A stretch of 60,573 nucleotides of DNA from a virus, in IMG/VR virus record IMGVR_UViG_3300045988_108426, positions 1-60,573 of that record. One strand, given 5' to 3'. The notes beneath the pieces are model-generated. The model was not told where the DNA came from and did not search any database. It was given only the letters and a program-made list of their open reading frames with translations. Positions 58,599 to 60,573 of the stretch are shown here, piece after piece. The position numbers and the translations under genes were made by a program. How positions within the stretch are numbered: position 1 is the stretch's first letter; every line of letters starts with the position of its first letter.

Positions 58599-58779
58599 AA
58601 GCGAATGTGTTGACTGTCCTAGCGAAATAGGTTGTCTTGGGGATAGTTGCCCGAAACGCAATATACCTCACTTTATATGCGATTGTTGTGGGGAAGATGT
58701 AGAAGAATTGTACGGATATGACGGAGAGCAGTTGTGTAAAGACTGCTTGCTTGATGCAGTACCAAAAGTAGAAATATAG
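58585..58779 (+). CDS. Hypothetical Cys-rich protein
   Basis: ATG at 58585 after GGAGGTAAGCA; CVDC...CDCCG...CKDC. Confidence 0.5.
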   Translation: MIKFKSECVDCPSEIGCLGDSCPKRNIPHFICDCCGEDVEELYGYDGEQLCKDCLLDAVPKVEI

Positions 58780-58791
58780 GAGAAATGGCTT

Positions 58792-59001
58792 ATGAAGTTT
58801 TCAGAACTTACTAAGCCGGAACTTGATGAAATTTTAAAGAACGCCAATTTTACAGAGGAAGAAGAGAATATATTTACAATGCTTGCAAGAGGAAAAACAC
58901 TTACAGAAGTTGCACAAAGAAATATGATATGTGAACGAACTGTACAGAGAAAAGTTGACAAGATAAAAGTAAAGATTGAAAAATTGGAGGTTTTGAAATG
59001 A
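58792..59001 (+). CDS. Sigma-70 region-4 / LuxR-type HTH regulator
   Basis: FTMLARGKTLTEVAQRNMICERTVQRKVDKI. Confidence 0.55.
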   Translation: MKFSELTKPELDEILKNANFTEEEENIFTMLARGKTLTEVAQRNMICERTVQRKVDKIKVKIEKLEVLK

Positions 59002-59093
59002 TTAAAATAACAATAAATGGAAACGAGATAAAAGCAGAGGATGTAACTTTATCTGCCGATATTGTAAAAATCATAACATCATGCCTTGATTGA
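58998..59093 (+). CDS. Possible 31-aa peptide
   Basis: The ATG overlaps the upstream TGA; the 3' end overlaps the int promoter. Confidence 0.25.
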   Translation: MIKITINGNEIKAEDVTLSADIVKIITSCLD

Positions 59094-59118
59094 CATTATA
59101 TTTTAAAAAGGTTAGAAT
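59090..59118 (+). promoter_or_regulatory. Integrase promoter TTGACA-17-TAGAAT
   Basis: -35 at 59090-59095, -10 at 59113-59118, followed by inverted repeat AGAATGTG...CACATTCT (59114-59150). Confidence 0.6.
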
Positions 59119-59125
59119 GTGTCGT

Positions 59126-59142
59126 AAGTACGATAAATGCGG
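59126..59142. repeat. 17-nt motif, inverted partner of 76-92
   Basis: aagtacgataaatgcgg lies in the int leader. Confidence 0.7.
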
Positions 59143-59175
59143 CACATTCTTTTTATATAAAAGGAGGATTTGAAG

Positions 59176-60549
59176 ATGGAATGTGTTGCGTACATGAGAG
59201 TATCAACAGAAAAACAAGCAGAAGATGGAAACGGGCTGGAAAGCCAAAAAAGAGATATTGATAATTACTGCAATAAGAACGGTTATATAATCAGTGATTA
59301 CTATATTGACGATGGTTATACTGGTGCAAACATGGACAGACCACAGCTGCAACGACTTATCAGCGATTGTGTATCGAAAAGAGTGAAGTGTGTTGTTGCT
59401 TTTAAATTAGACAGGTTGTCACGAAGCATGGTTGATGGAATATATATCATCGAACGAGTGTTTCAAGCAAATAACATCTTGTTTAAATGTGTGCATGACA
59501 GTATAAGCTACGACAGTCCGATGGAGCAAGCATATACTCAGATGATGGCAGTTTTTGCACAGCTTGATAAAAACACAATGATGTTGCGTATGCGTGGCGG
59601 TATGTTGGAAAGAGTAAAGCAAGGCTACTGGATGGGTGGCGGTAATACTCCTTATTGCTATAAGTATGATAAGGAAAAAGGAATTTTAGTACCTATACCC
59701 GAACGGAAAGAGCAGGCAAATCAAGCATTAGATTTGTTTATTGACGGCTATTCGGATGTTGCAATTAAAAAAATGCTTAATTTTACGCATGAGCATACTG
59801 TTAAAATGGTTTTAACAAGTCCAGTAAACATCGGCATGATACCATATAAGGGCAATTTATATAAAGGTTTGCATGAGCCTATTTTTGATAAAGATAGATT
59901 TCAGCTTGCACAGGAAGCGAGGAAAAACAGAAGAAAAAAGAAAACAGTTAGCCTTAACAAAGAACCAAATTTATTGACAGGTTTATGTTATTGCGGTGTG
60001 TGTGGATGTAAAATGCGTTATCAAAAATGGGGAAGTGAATCTGATGCACCTAAAAAAATTTACTGTTGCTCACGAAACAAAGATTTATTTTATTTGCCGA
60101 ATTACAATAGAGACTGCGATAATTCAATAGAATGGGCTACCGACATTGAAAAGCAAGTCGAAGCTGAGATAATAAAAATATCTTTAAATTTGTCATCGCA
60201 AAAACCAATCGCAAAGCAGAGTAAAATTGATATAATACAGTCGCAAATCAAAAAGGAAAAATATCGCCGCAAAAGGCTTTTTAATCTTTACGCAGATGGA
60301 AATGACGATGTTTTGAATATAATAAAACAGTCAGACGATACTATCAGTAGTTTAAAAGAACAACTTGAAATTGAATTATTAAGCAAAGAAGTAAATAAAA
60401 AGAAAAGTATTGCCTATAAGAATATCAAAAAAATTGCCGATGTTTGGGACAGCATCGACAAAAGAAATAAAAATATGATACTTAAAACTATAATTGACAA
60501 GATAATAATTGTCAATGGAGATATTGAGATACAATTAAAGAATTTTTAG
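59176..60549 (+). CDS. int: Large serine recombinase (integrase)
   Basis: N-terminal resolvase domain AYMRVSTEKQ...DDGYTGANMDRPQLQRL...VVAFKLDRLSRS, a recombinase domain, zinc ribbon CYCGVCGCKM...YCCS, and a coiled-coil tail. AAGGAGG lies 8 nt before the ATG at 59176. Confidence 0.9.
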   Translation: MECVAYMRVSTEKQAEDGNGLESQKRDIDNYCNKNGYIISDYYIDDGYTGANMDRPQLQRLISDCVSKRVKCVVAFKLDRLSRSMVDGIYIIERVFQANNILFKCVHDSISYDSPMEQAYTQMMAVFAQLDKNTMMLRMRGGMLERVKQGYWMGGGNTPYCYKYDKEKGILVPIPERKEQANQALDLFIDGYSDVAIKKMLNFTHEHTVKMVLTSPVNIGMIPYKGNLYKGLHEPIFDKDRFQLAQEARKNRRKKKTVSLNKEPNLLTGLCYCGVCGCKMRYQKWGSESDAPKKIYCCSRNKDLFYLPNYNRDCDNSIEWATDIEKQVEAEIIKISLNLSSQKPIAKQSKIDIIQSQIKKEKYRRKRLFNLYADGNDDVLNIIKQSDDTISSLKEQLEIELLSKEVNKKKSIAYKNIKKIADVWDSIDKRNKNMILKTIIDKIIIVNGDIEIQLKNF

Positions 60550-60573
60550 CACATACTACACGCCATGCCGATG
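60519..60573. repeat. Terminal overlap copy 2 (identical to 1-55)
   Basis: Exact 55-nt identity with the window start. Confidence 0.95.

Noticed and set aside
59090-60573. Integrase flanked by inverted repeats interpreted as a serine-recombinase transposon or invertible segment
   Set aside because: The repeats are only 17 nt, no target-site duplication or second recombinase is present, and one copy lies within the int leader. A regulatory-site explanation is retained as a finding instead.
1-60573. Search for reverse transcriptase (retron/DGR), Cas proteins, CBASS/Thoeris/Gabija-type enzymes and toxin-antitoxin pairs
   Set aside because: No ORF shows the corresponding catalytic motifs (YxDD, HD/RuvC, cyclase GS...DxD, TIR/SIR2, ATPase-nuclease pairs). 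The only large enzymes are terminase, portal, tail proteins and the integrase.

Overview
The window is a complete, circularly closed genome: the first 55 nt are identical to the last 55 nt, giving a unit length of 60518 bp. It is an AT-rich temperate long-tailed phage or prophage of a low-GC Firmicutes (Clostridia-like) host. Layout from the arbitrary start: (1) the tail of a large serine integrase gene, followed by an att-like dyad; (2) a five-gene cargo cassette encoding Cys/Gly/Gln-rich and C1q/BclA-like proteins (325-3128); (3) an accessory block with Rha, an HExxH protein, an AP2-domain protein and DUF4417; (4) a leftward three-gene operon and a ribbon-helix-helix (RHH) gene that share a repeated promoter-operator cassette (6.6-8.7 kb); (5) an iteron-rich 0.6-kb gap, then terS (9345); (6) a 6.8-kb insertion between terS and terL holding MazG, a tRNA island (Gln, Asn, Ser, Tyr and one non-canonical tRNA-like gene), long ORF-free structured spacers including a 739-nt candidate large ncRNA, DUF1599 and about 11 small genes; (7) terL, portal, MuF-like protein, scaffold, gpE-like capsid, head-tail genes, tail tube, G/GT chaperone and an 1855-aa tape measure, with holin, endolysin and a two-gene secreted-protein moron embedded inside the structural operon; (8) tail tip and fibre genes with an S74 chaperone domain; (9) a cI-like/Rha lysogeny switch; (10) a recombination and replication module (PD-(D/E)XK exonuclease, annealing protein, RusA-like, PAPS-reductase-like, replisome organizer, G39P-like loader, Lar); (11) the integrase. 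No CRISPR array, reverse transcriptase or recognisable named defence system was seen. The most unusual content is RNA-level: the tRNA/large-ncRNA island, two acceptor/T-arm minihelices, a GC-rich 109-nt element, and a competing-hairpin switch in front of terL. The RHH-controlled divergent hub and the spore-surface-like cargo cassette also stand out. All functional calls rest on motif recognition by eye and are not search-verified.
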